Source: Entomortierella parvispora E1425 (Eukaryota > Fungi > Mortierellomycota). Taken from it: a stretch of 64,000 nt of DNA. Both the position numbers and the translations under genes were made by a program. The stretch is from contig BQFW01000002.1 in assembly GCA_020891255.1 (NCBI GenBank), forward strand, positions 3,038,001 to 3,102,000, given 5' to 3'. This document shows, piece after piece, positions 49,498 through 63,350 of the stretch (position 1 is the stretch's first letter; the number at the start of each line of letters is the position of its first letter). A model generated the notes under the pieces. The model was not told the DNA's origin, made no database searches, and was given only the letters and a program-made list of their open reading frames with translations.

Positions 49498-51572
49498 ACG
49501 AGGTTCATCGCGCGACCTTTTTCCGTGTACATATATATTATCCCCACCTTCTTACAAGTTCTCCACTACCTTTTTGTTTTGTGCACTGTTGCTCTTGAAT
49601 TGCAATAAAAGAAACGATGATGATGTTTGGAATCCGGTAAATTCGCTCTGTGATCACTGATGAATATGATTCAAATTGCTGAGGCTGTCTACTCGTAGTT
49701 GATTCAACAAACATAGCCATCTAGTTTCCACCCAACTGTCGGTAAGGTGAATAAAAGGATGTATCGTCTTGCTGCTGTCGCCCCTGCTGCTGCTGCCGCC
49801 CTTTCTTTCCAAGAGAGCAAAAAAAGCTTATCGAGGTGGACTGTGTCACCTCTACACGCCTATCGGACAGAACAAGAAAATGAGACGAGACAAAAGAAAA
49901 TTGCTCATTGAAAGCATGTCTGTTCTCCTCTCGCGTTGATGAGAGCCTGCACATGGTGTTAAAGCCATTTGCTGGACAATCCATGCGGACACAAACGCGC
50001 TTTTTTAATTGATTGTCCTGGCGTGGCATTGTGCTGGAGAGTTGCAGGTTTGGAACTAGAGTCTAATGACCGCTCTCTGGCTTAACACCACTGGCCGAAT
50101 ATTCCCAAGCTAAAAGAAAACCAGTCGACTTGTCAGCTCGGAGGTGGACACGACCGTATCTGCATTCTCTTCTGTCCTCAATCACTTTTTGTTTCTTGTC
50201 TCGTTCTCTTTTTCCGTTTCCTCTCTCTCTCCCCTTTTGACTCTTTGTCTATTCATGGGACGATGTCCCAGATGGACTTTCCAGTCATTATTATTTTTGC
50301 TCCCGCCCTCCAGTTGTTGGTTGTTTACTGCTTTCCTTTGTGTCCACAACCATGTGCAACCGTAATAATAATGAGAGAGAGCCAGATGGTTGATAGATAG
50401 CTATAACGACAAATAACAAAAGAAGGGCTAACGGTCGTCCGGTTCGTTGCTGCTGGAAGAGGGGGTAAAAAACAATCGAACAAGACCCTGCTTCAGCAGG
50501 CAGAACAGTGAAGTGCCCCTGCCGCCATCTGCAATTGGTTGCCGTTCTGGACTGGTCCCCCTAGCCAGTGGGCGTCGAGAGGGTTAATTCGTCTGTTGGA
50601 CAATTATGGTTTTCTACGTCGTCTGTCGGACCCACGACTGGAAATCATAATAACACTAACTTCTAATGAAAAGGAGGGATGACAGTAAGAACAAAAGGAA
50701 GCAAGGAAAAGGAGAGGAGTGAGAATGCGACCGCAACGCCCATGCTCGATGGTGTCTGCCGACAATCGGCAGCAGTTGATGATCTCTCCAGTAGCGCAAA
50801 GGAAGGACCCCATCAGGACCGATGCTGCCGTGCCTGACCCGTCCGTTCTGGTGCGCTGGCTTACTGCGTTCCGCTGCTAGCCTTTGGCCCAGCCTAGCCC
50901 ATAAAGTGTCTTCCTGTGTTTCTACGCTCTTTTTTTTTTCCAAGTCTTCCTTCCTTCCTTCTATCCTCTTGCCTGCTCTCGTTTTTCTTCTCCAGCTTTT
51001 TTTTTCTTTTCTTTTCTCTTCCTTCTTCTCCTCCACCTTCTCGTCCTCCTCCATCTCCATCTCCATCTCCATCCGACCTACTGTCGGTTGTCATTCCCCT
51101 CCTTCCCCCTTTTCATCACTTTCTTCTCGTTGTCATCACCACTCGACTCGTCTCTCTCACTCTCACCTTTTACGACCCTGCTGCCCTGCCTACTCTTCAG
51201 CACCTCCACAACAGCAACAACTATTCTCTAGCAGTGTCTGCTCATCCACTCCCACCGACCAACCCCTCTCCGTCATAATAACAATCGTCCTAATCGCACG
51301 ACCACCAACCTCATCTCCCCCCGTTGCTGCTCAAACACAAACAATCCTCTTTTCCCTTTCCTCCTCATTCTCCTCCTCACTCTTGCTTTCACACTCTCTC
51401 TTCGATACCTCGGCAGCAGCATCGTTTCGACTTTACCAGAAGCAGCCTCCTCATCCACTCAACTTGGACCAACCTCGCCCCTCCTCCACCCCTGCTCGTT
51501 TTGTTCCAATTTCCCCGCCAAAAAAAGCACATCAGGAACAACCTTCTTTATTCTTGGAATTCAGGAACCGAA

Positions 51573-53740
51573 ATGACCCCTTCAACATCCTCACAACCTC
51601 AACATCGACCAGTTCGCTGGCTGGTCCGGACCCTGATCGTCGCTACCGCGCTGGCCACTAGTGCTCAGGCCCTCTGTGTCTCGCTCGCCAACTCGACTGC
51701 ATGTCCCTTGTTCCAGTCTTCGTACGTCGACAATAGCATTCTGTCCGACATGAACCAGTACGGCATCACCATGCAAAACTTTACGACCGTCCAGGAATTC
51801 GATGCGGCCGTCTTCAACGCCACTGGGTTCGAGACATCCGCTTACTCCTGCCCTGGCTACAACAGCACAGTGCGCATCCCTTACCAAAACACAGTGCTTT
51901 GTGCCATTGCGGTCAATGAGAACCAATCTCTTGATTGCAAAGGAACCAATACGAACAATCCCCCTGCACTGTGCACTTCTTCGTGCTCTCTTTACGAATC
52001 TGGACTCTCCGCCATGATTAGCAGCATCTGCCCCACGGACTCTACCTCCAAGGCCAACTTAGCAGCCCTGAACACAGTCTGCACGACCAACAATGCAGAC
52101 AACTGGGCGAATTTGCATGACAATAGCACGGGCTGCATCAACGCCTTGCAGAACGAGGCCGCAACTTGTGGTAAGTCATAGCCCTGATGTACTGGACAAA
52201 CTGCCACTGGGAGGGAATTTGTCTGCGCGCTAAAGTGCCTGCTCTGGTACTGATGATAAGTACAGAGTTGGTGAATGGGCAGCAGTATCAGCTTTTTTTT
52301 TTTTTTAATTCGTGTTGTATGTTCGAGAGGGTACTGCACTCAAAAAATGAAGGGGCCCCTGATATATTATCTAATTTACGCCGGGCGATCGACTCGGGGA
52401 TGTCTGGTCTGGGCATGCAGACTAACAAAATACCCCACCAGAGAAGCGGTGGATAAGTACGCACAGATGACCATGCTCTCATTGCATATCTGCTACTGCT
52501 CTTTGGCCCCCCTGCCTCATGGCCCATGATGGAGATAGCGAGAAAACAATTGGCGTGTGCGTTCTTTTTTTTTTTTTTTTTTTTTTTGCGCTGTTGATGT
52601 TTATTGTTGACTGTGCCTGAAAAAAAGGGCGGGAGAAAAGTGATCATTCAGTCGCACAGCAGCTTCCCCTTACAGACAACACCCCATATTCACGTTCATT
52701 CCTCTTTTTCCACCCCTTCTCTAGGTCTCGGGTCAGCTGCTGATCGCTGCACCTTCTGCCAGACCAACTCTACCGCTGCATGCTGTGCCGGTGCCGCTAC
52801 GACCTGCGACTACCCCACCACCGCCACCACTGCAGGTCCCTCGGCCACTTCCTCCTTCATTTCACCCCCTTCCACCACATCAACATCCCCATCAACTGGT
52901 AGCAAGACAGGACTTTCCACTGGTGCCTTGGGTGGAATCATCGGAGGCTCTGTTGCTGTTGTGCTCATTGCTCTGGTCCTGTTCCTCTGCATGCGCCGAT
53001 CCAGGAAATCGACCGGAGGAAAGGCTTCGAACCTGTCTCGTCAAATGTCCAACTCCAGCGCACGTTACAATATCTCGTCGCCAAAGATCCAGGAAGAAGG
53101 CATTTCTGCTGCCTCGACCGCGCCTATTCCTATGACCACGCTTCCCCCTATTGCTGCTGAGAATGCAAAGTTTGGAGCTGGAGCTGTCATGGCAGGAGCT
53201 ACCGCTGCTGCGATTGGACATGAGGCCACTGGAAAACAATCATACTGCCAGGCTCTTTATCCTTACCAGGCCTCGATGGCGGACGAACTGGATTTGACAC
53301 CTGGAGACATTGTGAATGTCCAGCGAGTTTTCGACGACGGTTGGGCTGTTGGTGTCAACATGAACACTTCCAATGAGGGCGCATTCCCCGTGGTCTGCGT
53401 GATGTTTGTAGACGAGAGCGCGCTGGATGATGACTTTGAGGACGTGAACATGCACTCGATGGCACCCATGACGCTCCGTGAAGAAGATGAGGGTCGCCGG
53501 TCACCCTCCGGACGCAACTCTCCTCGGTCGTCTTTGCCCTCTAGATCATCTTCGCCCGTCCATTTGCCACGACGCAACTCCTCGATTCGGGACAGCACCG
53601 TGATTGTACCTGGATCAAGCCCAATGACGAGCAGTCCACTTGCAGGAGGACTCGGTGGTGGTCGAATGACGCCACCCATCCGCGACACCATGTTGAGCGA
53701 CGCCAGCTCTATTAACCGCTGGTGGGATGGAGAGAAGTAG
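51573..53740 (+). CDS. Single-pass receptor-like protein: signal peptide, Cys-rich ectodomain, Ser/Thr stalk, TM helix, cytoplasmic SH3 domain
   Basis: Intron 52171-52724 joins TC-G-LG. TM segment GALGGIIGGSVAVVLIALVLFLCM. SH3 motif ALYPYQASMADELDLTPGDIVNVQRVFDDGWAVG..EGAFPVVCV. Confidence 0.85.
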
Positions 53741-54129
53741 AAAAGCATTGAGGATTTATATACATTAATGCGATATTTTCATTTTTTGAAAGAAAATCGG
53801 GGAAGAAAGGTGGAGGTGGATGAAAAGGTCACCCTTTGCTCAAGGAGAAAAAAAGAAGCTTGAGGTCTTTGCTTTCAACTTGACCTTCAACACTTACTTC
53901 TCGCCTTTTTTTTTGCTTTACCCTTTGCTGTCGCCAAACTGCATACAAATAAAAATTTCAAGGGACCATGGTAAAATCGAGAACTAAAAGATTATGAGAT
54001 ACTTGCTTGACATGTTGTACTACATACATCTGCCCCCTCCATTGGATTACGTTGACTTCTCATTGGGGTCATATCGATATACACAATGCTCCGCGTCTAT
54101 CGCTTTGCTTGCTCTGTCACTGGGCCTCA

Positions 54130-54219
54130 CTGCTTTGCCTTGCTGCTTTGCCTTGGTGCTTTGCCTTGCTGGTGCTTTGCCTTGCTGCTTTGCCTTGGTG
54201 CTTTGCCTTGCTGCTTTGC
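54130..54219. repeat. 13-bp tandem minisatellite (C/G)TGCTTTGCCTTG, about 7 copies
   Basis: Directly visible tandem array with one 3-nt interruption and no spacers. Confidence 0.9.
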
Positions 54220-54515
54220 TTCTCCACTTTGCCTTTCTACTTTGCTCAGTTTTTACTTTGCCATAGGCTCCATAAAATCACATCCGTTTCAAGCTTTTTA
54301 TTCCTTAGCCCCTCCTCTCCCCAACGCCAAACTAGAAGAAAAACTCTTTCACCTCGTAAAGCCAAGGCAAAACATACTCGGTAAGCTACTTCCAAACTGC
54401 ACGGTAGATCATTCGACAGTGGTGAGTACAGTGGTCTGCCCTTCCCCACTTCCCTGTCTCCCATCCTTTCTTGGTTACTTTCAACTTCTTCTGTCGCGAT
54501 TTCGCAAGGGGGGTT

Positions 54516-54551
<36 letters not shown>

Positions 54552-57500
54552 GATTGAAACGTCTCTTTGTTTTTCACTTTCCTCATTGAATTAGAACAAA
54601 AGCTATAATGGACAAGATTGTAAACGCTGTGAAGAACATTGTGACGGATGTCATGGCTCAACAGATTGAAATCGCTGAGCAAGAAAGAAAGGTTATAGAA
54701 AACAACCAATTCAATTAATCCTGACATGGGACCCCCTGGAACGGATCACGCGTTTGAAAAGGCTACACTGTTCCCCAAGGTCTCAAAGACCTCAAGGCAC
54801 CAAGGCCTCCAAAGACGCTCAAGGCACCAAGGCTCCAGCTAAACGTTCATAGAGAGACGAGGGCGAGTGATGAAATGGGAGAGGATAGAAAACGAAGAAA
54901 GAAAAGGAAAACGGCTGCCAGAAAGATCAGAAGGATTGTCGAAGCAAACATTCGGTGACAACTCTTCATGATCTTAAGTTAACTTGGAGACACCGAGTAT
55001 CAAAGAAGAAAAAAAGAAGCCTCTCTTTCGGCTGAAATTGCGGCCAACCGTGACCATGACGACCAACATTGTTCTCTAACTCTTTTAATTCATTGAAAGC
55101 ATCAAGATGATTTTGAGCCCCGACTTTGTGCCCTGCGCAATATATAAAAAGAACCGCGTTTGGAGTGTCTAATTGTTGGAGGAGGGGAGGCTAACCTGCT
55201 AGTCTATAGTGAAGTGAGGGTGGAGGGGGTCTCACCGTGACCAAGCAATGTATGTGTGAGAGAACAAAAGGTGGCTGGAATGATGTCCCTGGCAGGAAAG
55301 GACTGTACCCTAACGCAGATATTAAATGCGGAGGCTTAAAATGCGAGCGAGACTCTTTTGTTCATGCAGATTGTGCTCGGACAGCAAATCCTGAGTGCTG
55401 TGCAATCAATTGATTTGTCCTCTGATTTTCTTTGTGAGTCAAGGGGCATGTTGTTGAAAAAAGGGAGGGAAACACAAGTGGTAAGAAGAGAATTCGTTTC
55501 GGGAGGCTCCTGTGTTTTTTTTTTCTTTGGCGGGTGGGAAAAGAGTTTTTGGTAGGCGCTGTTGCTGGGCGCCACCAATTTTTACCCGCGTCTTTTTGTT
55601 TTTATTTATTTCGTTTCCAGTGGGCAAGAGCTGTCTTGCGGAGGACGGAGCGAACATAGCTGTAGCTTGCTCTTTGAGTCCCGACGGGGGATGATGGCGC
55701 GGAATGGGCAGGTTGGGCGAGTGTTTTGAGACCCAGTCTTGCTTTAGGCGCGGGTAGTTTCGATCGCTCTTTATTATTGCCGAGTTGCTCAATAGCTTTT
55801 TCCCCCATCCCCAAGAATGTCGCCGTTTGCCGTTTGGGCGACAGAGATGAAGGAATGAAGGCAAAGATGGGGGAAGGGAGGGCGATCTAATTTTCCGCTG
55901 CCACTGGCTTCATCACTATCCATCATCGTCATCATCAACAAGCACAAGTTACTAGCACTTGGCTCACAAAAAAAAACAAGAGGAAAGAAACGGGAAAGAG
56001 GGGAGAAAGAGCCATTGGGCCATTACGATAGAGGATTGAGAATTGCAAGGACAAAGAGACAAGTGCTCCCCGCGCATGGTGTTTCTCGTACATTTGAAAT
56101 GAGAGAGTGAGTGAAGGAAAAAAGATGAGAGGAGTATTTCTGAGCCATCACTGAAAGACTGAGCAAAAGGCACCATCAAACAGAAATAGAACAAAGTGGA
56201 TGTCAAAAATGCAAAAACATACATGGATCAGGGCAACAGGGACGCGCAAGGGGGACAAGGTGGGGGAGGAGAAAGAAAAAGAGGGTGAGAAACAAAGATA
56301 GCGAGATGTGGACGCGAGTGGTGGTGCAAGTAGGAGGAGGTAAGAGCAAGAGGAGAGGGTGGTGTTGAAGATGAAGATGACGATGAAGGTGGTGGTTGTG
56401 GTCTACTGCTGCCGGATGCTCCTTGCAGCGAAGAGAAGGAACAGGCGAAGGCAGAGTGAGATCAAAGGACCTTGAGGACAGAGACACAACAAACATGCAC
56501 GAGAGTGCAGAACCGCATTAGAGAGCACGTCTGTTTGGCTCTGCTGATTTGCTGCACCTTGGGCCATGGCTGTTTGCTGCTCTTGGTCCTTGGTGGGTCT
56601 TTGTCGGGGTCAAAGGGCGAGATCACGCCCGAAGGCACGGCAATGGGCGAGTGCAGTGCGGTGTCACATGCGAGCATGCATGCATGCAACCATGTCACAG
56701 ACCGGCAGCATGTCCTCCCTTGACCCATTCGCTCTCTCTTTCTCTCTTCTCTTTCCTCACTCGCGCGTTTCCCTCTCTCCCTGTTCCCATTCCCTTTTTC
56801 CATTCATTTCCCCTTCCCTTCCCTGGTCTTTCTTCCCTCCATTCCTGCATTGCTGTAACCTTCTTTTCTTCTACCCGTCCCTTTTCCTTCCCTCCTTCCC
56901 TTGCTCTTTCTCTGGCTCTCGTTCTCTCTCCCGGAGCAGACTCCCTTACCTTCTCCAGCCAGCCACCTAGCGGCCAAGCCAGTCAACCAAGCCAGCCAAC
57001 CCAGAAAAGAAAGAAAGGAAAAAAAAAAAAAAGGGAAGGAAGGAACAACCACCCCTCATTCCACCCACCCATTCCTCCCCATTCCAGCCAGCCCGACCGC
57101 GAGTCCGTGTCTCCTGCGCGCGCTGCCCACACGCCTTTCTATCTTTTTGTTTCTGTCCTGTTCGCCTTCTTTGCTTCTTCATCCCCTCTTTCTCTCTCTC
57201 CCCTGCTTTGCTTCAACTTCGACTCATACCCCCTTCGCTTCTTTTTCTTCAAATCTTCCTAAATCAAATCAAAAATAAGTGCTGCCTTGCCTGGCTCTGT
57301 TCCCTTTCCCCCTCTTCCTCCTCGTCCTCGTCCTCATTCACTACCAGCACTGCTTCCACCACCCTCCCGTCCCCTTTGTCTCCTTTTCTAGTTCGTTCAC
57401 ATTCTATCACCGTGTCCCAGGACTGAGCGCCGAAATTTTATTTCTGTAACAAAGCGAAAAGAGACCAAGCACTCTTCGCTGTTCTGCGCCTCTTACCTTC

Positions 57501-57746
57501 GCTACCATCGCCCAGCCTTTTTTCTCTTCTTCTTTCTTCTTGACTCTTGTTTCAGCAACACCGGTCTTCAGACGCAAAAACGCAAAAGAAAAGAAAAGGA
57601 AAAAAGAAAAAGACGCGTTATCAACTTTTCTCGGTCCTGAGTGTCCGATCGCCCTTTTCCTTCTCCACACACACTCCCATCTCCATTTTTGGTTTCGTTA
57701 TTTTTCTCTTCAGAACAAACAAAGCAAAAACGAAACACCGCTTGTC

Positions 57747-60700
57747 ATGCAAGTTGAAAGACCGCGCAAACTCGACAGGATCGGCTCAAAGGCCATGACC
57801 TCCACCCTCTCCCAGGCAACGGCCGATGCCATCAGCAACAACTATAGCAACAATAACAGTCGCTCCCCTGTGAGTCAAAGAGAAAAGAACAAAGACCGCA
57901 CCATGTCTCGGAGCGAGCCTTCTTCCTCCTTGATCTACATTGACAGCAGCAGTGATGACAATAACGAAAGTCAACAAAAGCCCAGCGAACGTCGGCCTGT
58001 CGCGAAGTCAAACAGACGCGGCAGCAGAAGCGACGGCAGTGGTCACAATAACAGCACCAATAGCAGCAGAAGCAGCAGCAGCCTAGGCTTCAACACGAAT
58101 GGTCAAAGTCAACTCACACGAGTACCGGATGTAGCAGTCGCATCTCCGAACGACGCTCGATCAGCGACTGAGAGGGACCTGTTCAGTGCAGCCGAGGGAA
58201 CGCGAGCATCGCCAGTGCGGTCATCCTCATCTTCAGCCTCCTTCCCTTCCCCTTCTTCAACTGCGGTACCGCAGAGGTCAACATACCATCAACAGCGACA
58301 GTCCCCTCAGCGCCACCACTCTCACCATCGCTCATCAGGAGAACAAGCGTCTGAGAGGTCCTTGGGATCGGAATCGTCTCGTGTCACCACACCTGTAACC
58401 ATTACTGCATCGGTCCATGCGCCCCCCTCTTCTTCACCACCGCCATCCTTGGCCCATGCCGGATCGACAGCGAGCTCTAGAGCGTCTAAAAACATAGCAG
58501 CGGCGTCAGAAAGGGACCATTTGGATAGGTCGGATGAGCGTCACTCGACCTCGAAGCAAAGTGGGTCAAGGGGGGTGACACGCGATTCCACGGAGGCAAG
58601 GATCTCGGAAACACCAACCAGCTCTCGTCAGCAACAACGCCATGAATCTGTTGCACCGGACTGTATCGTGGTCGACTCGGACAAGGAGCAGGATCAAGGC
58701 ACAGAGGAGGTCCTGATCACTCAACATAGGGGCTACCGTCATCCAGCTGTCACGCTACTCGATACCTCCGTCGCGTCGCCTCATCGACTGGACCCCAGAC
58801 AGCTCTTTGCAGGCGACAGGATGGCACACACGCGAAACTTTTCCTCGCCTTCCTTATTGGACTCGTTTACCTCACCCGAACCAATGCTCTCGCCCATTCA
58901 GTCATATTTCGGATCAGATCCAAACTCTCCTGCTTCTTCGTTCTCGCTTCCGAGACATGATCAATATCTGGAAGCTCCAGGGCCAGCAGCCTCCATGGAT
59001 GGCTATCACGGATTCGCCACTCACCCTTGGAGCGAGCAGAGCACTATGCCCTCTCGCGCTTTATCTCACCGCTGGACACGACGATTGAGTCATCCAGAAT
59101 CACTACCGAGTCGTAATCGCCCAAACGAACGTATGGTGAGCGACAATGGCACACAACCGCACCGGGCATCCATGTATGCTGGACCGTCTCTAGCAGAAGT
59201 TATGATGAACCAAAACTGGCAAGAGGCTCGTGTTGCTCCGGATTCGACCACTGGATTAACATCTACAACAGATGATGCTTCTGCGTGTGCCGAGTCATCA
59301 ACAGCAGAGTATATACAAGATTCTGACGATGATACGGCAATGGAAGAACCTTACGAAACGACATACGACCAGCACTACGACTACAATCACAACCTCAGAA
59401 ACTCGGATGCAGAAGATGAGATTGATGATGACGAGTGTTACCCGTACAGTTTTCAAGCTGCCAGTCTTGACGATCATGATCAAGAGCAGGGAGAGGAAGA
59501 AGACTGTGAAGAAATCGGCACACCTCATGTAGCGCCTCTAGATGAGGATGAGCTGAATCAAAGTCATGTCACGGATGATATGCTGGACGCCTTGGATTAC
59601 GAACAGGGCCAAAATGGTGGATTTCCTCGGGGATTGAACGATGGCGAAGATGAGAACGACGATTATGCAACTGAGGAGGAAAGCGAAGTGGCTCAAATAT
59701 TGGGATTTGGTCGCCGACAGAACGAAAGCGCATTCTCAACTCTTCATTCTCCTACAGATGTGAACGAGGCATCTACATCATCAGCTTCGCCCTCGCAGGC
59801 TGTCTTTTCTTCACACAATACATTGGGGAGGCAAGAAGAGTCTTTGGTAGAGTCAGATGAGTCTTTGGCACGGAGACTACAAGAGGAGGAGTTCTCGGCC
59901 TTGATAGGAGATCGAGTAAGTGTTGTGGTGCCATTACCGTCATAGATTAGTAGCTGCAATAGATATACTAATACAAGCATTTGCATATCATCTCGTCCGC
60001 ACTCCCTATTCTTTTCTCCAGTCCTTTCACTTGCACAGGAATCTGGTCGCCCAACATCAACCCCCGAGTTTACCTAGACGCTTCTCTGATCGTCAGAGAT
60101 CGCACCCTGTGACACATTCGACTGGTTACTCTACTCGGGGTCGCCTTCACTTTGCGACAGAAACCACGCCATCTGGCGAGAGTCGACATTTTCTGCCTGG
60201 AGAGTGGCCTTCAAATTGGAGACAGAGGGATGGATACCTGCCCGGCGAATGGCCCTCGAGCTGGAGACAAAGAGAAGGACAGTCCTCTGGGCAGAGCTCA
60301 AGATCGTTAGGATCAGGAACGGTGAATCCGGTTGCTCCATTGACCTCAAGTTCTGCATCCGGCCGACATGGAAGAGTAAGACGTTCAAGATCACCACCCG
60401 GACACTCGACATCATCCTCTTTAGCCGCAGAAGGTCTCTTTTTGCGACATGAGCTGAGAACTTTAACAAGAGCGTTGGAACAGGAAACACGGATTCTTGC
60501 TCGATACAACAGTCGTTCAAACCCTTTGATGGATAGCATGTGGGGTAATCCTGAGGATTACTTGGTAAGATTATTTCAAGATGCAGTCTTTTTCTCAAAA
60601 AGTGATAGCCTGCAGGCCTGTACTGACTTGGATTCTCAATTTGTTAGAATGATGATCAAGTGGATGACAGCTATGAGGGACTGTTGAGACTTGGCGAGCA

Positions 60701-61228
60701 GATTGGAGATGCAAAACCAAAGGGAATCCCTATGCACACATTGCGCAAGATGGACAAACACATTTTCGTATGGACTCCCAAAAGGCACTCTTGGTCATCC
60801 AAGGGTCTCCGACATTCCAGAAGTCAATCTCTTTTGAGTTTTGACTCTGATTACTTTGGAGCCTCAAACCCTAGTAAAGGGAAAGCAAAGGACGCGTCTG
60901 CGAGTGAATCTCTGGATGAAAAGTAAGTCATTCGCTCCATCATTATCATCAAGTTCATGATGTCTGTTACGTTGGTTTGTCGCCAGTTTTTATTTTTCCA
61001 ATTGATGACTAACCTGACTGTTTGTTTCGACCTGTTGTGAATAGCTGTACTATTTGCTTGGATGCCTACCAAACGACGGACCGACTTCGACCGCTGCCCT
61101 GCAAGCACGCCTTCCATGTAGAATGCATTGATACCTGGCTCCGAAGCAACGCGCAGTGTCCTATATGTCGACAAGAAGTATCTGCAAAGTCGGTGGAATC
61201 GATGCCAGCTGGTTCTGGAATCCCTTGA
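57747..61228 (+). CDS. Large disordered protein with a C-terminal RING-H2 E3 ligase domain, multi-exon
   Basis: ESDESLARRLQEEE, YEGLLRLGEQIGDAKPKG and CTICLDAYQTTDRLRPLPCKHAFHVECIDTWLRSNAQCPICR (C3H2C3). Confidence 0.88.
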
Positions 61229-61495
61229 ATTACCTAGGCGAAGCAGCACTGCCGTGAAGATATGGACAATAAAAGAGAGCCGACCTTCTGTCTGTTACTG
61301 GAGAAAATGGAACTTGAACCATTGGTCAAGCAGGAAAGGGACACGAACGAAGGGCTGGGCTGGGCTGGCTGGGGTTGGTCGACTTTTTTTAGGTTTGGTC
61401 CCCATCTTGAAACGGTTCCTCTCTTCCATTTTTGCATTCTCTCATCTCTGCTCCCACTCTCCTTTATCCATATTCTCACCCCTCTCCACTCTACC

Positions 61496-63064
61496 ATGGC
61501 CGCACTCGAAGCAAGTCATTCCGTCTACGGCACTCTTCCGCTTCCTCCTCGCATTGACCTTTGTAAATTGCCTAGCATCTGGACTCGACACTTCAATGTT
61601 CAAACCGTTGACATTCCACAATTAGGACTAACCAAGAATGTCTTTTGGTCCACCTCACCGTTGGTCCCCTCCTTCCTTGTTTTTGTTTGTTTTTGTTTTC
61701 TTTCTCAACAGCAAAGCCAAGATTCGATCAGTCAACGTACTTTGGCCGTGTCCGGCACTTTGTCCAGGTCACCTCTCCCCTGAACCTGTTTGTTACCAGC
61801 AAGGGACTCGAGGATGCAAAGACCTTGATTAGCGACTACAACTCTGGAAAGATTGCCGCCAACACGGACCCAGCCAAGCTCTGGCGTGCCAAGGAGAGTA
61901 CGTTCTTTTTTTTCGTGATATGATGCCATGTGGTCCTTTTTTTTTTGTTCGGTCGGACAATTTTTGTTGGATTGCAGATCGTTTTTTGTTATTGTTTTTT
62001 TTTTGTGTGTCCGTGGAAGCAGAACAAGTCTCAGTCCCCATCATTGGCGGACTCGTCATTTTATTATGATCTCCGCCTCCCCCACAACTCGACGCTTTTT
62101 CTTTACCATAGATGAATATCTAACCATCTTCATCTTGATTTCGTGAAAATAGTCTGCGACTCGACTTTGCACCCGGATACTGGCAGGCCCATCTTTTTGC
62201 CCTTCCGCATGGCCTGCTTCGTGCCCACCAACTTGTTGGTGGCCGCCGGCATGTTGATGCCCAACCCTACCGTCAAATCCATCATGTTCTGGCAGTGGGC
62301 CAATCAGTCCGTCAATGTTGCTTTCAACTACGCCAACGCCAACAAGACGATCGAGATGAACATGAAGGAGACTGCTGGTAAGAACCAAAAATAAGTGCCG
62401 ACGGAAACTTGATGGGAGTGAAAAAGCAGTTACAGGAACAAGGATGTTTTGCATGACTGACAGTTTTCCTTTTTATATCATCTCTTTTTTTTCTTTCCCA
62501 TGTTGTGAAAAACAAAAAGTGGCGTACATGTCAGCGGTGACGACTTCCTGCTTCTTGGCTGTTGGATTGAACCAATTGGTGCCACGCTTGACATCCATCT
62601 CTCCTGGACTTCGTACCATCTTGGGACGTCTCGTTCCATTTACCGCCGTGGCAGCTGCAGGAACTGTCAATGTGTTCTTGATGCGTGGCAAGGAAATCTC
62701 GGAGGGCATTGATGTTTATGATGCTGAGGGCAATTCTATGGGCAAGTCTCAAAAGGCAGGATTGTCGGCCATCTCTCAGGTGGCCATTTCCAGAATTTTG
62801 ACCAATTTCCCCGTGTTGACCATCCCTCCTTTGGTCTTGTCTCAGTGGGAGAGAACTGCTTGGTCTCAGCAATACCCCAAGGCGGTGATCCCCATCAACT
62901 TGGCTGTGATCTCGTTGTGTTTGATGACGGCCTTGCCTTTGGCCATTGCTGCTTTCCCTCAGTACGCGAACGTGGATGTAGAGACATTGGAGGAGCGGTT
63001 CTGGAACTTGAAGGACTCCAAAGGAGAGCGGATCAAGACCTTGACTTATAACAAGGGTCTTTAA
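61496..63064 (+). CDS. FSF1: Sideroflexin (mitochondrial inner-membrane carrier), multi-exon
   Basis: KPRFDQSTYFGRVRHF, DSTLHPDTGRPIFLPFRMACFVP, FWQWANQSVNVAFNYANAN, RLVPFTAVAAAGTVNVFLMR and C-terminal TYNKGL*. Confidence 0.95.
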
Positions 63065-63350
63065 AGGAGTGGAGACTATGAAGTAGAGCAATAGAGGAAC
63101 CCCACATGTATTTTATGAAAATGATATCCTATTAAAAAAGAGTAGACGTTTTTTGAAGACTTGTATCTATTGAGAGGCAGTAGCGGCATTGAATGCCATG
63201 CTATCTTTCAACATAAGAGGATAGCTTTATGATTTTGACCGCCATCCGTAGAACATTGAAAGTTATTAAAAAACAATTAGATGCCAATTTCCTTTCATAT
63301 CTGACAGTTGAGTTTTTACAAATGGATCTTTATAGGGTCCCTGGATAATT

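Noticed and set aside
54130-54219. Repeat array as a CRISPR
   Set aside because: Units are directly adjacent 13-mers with no unique spacers, there are no cas genes, and the context is eukaryotic.
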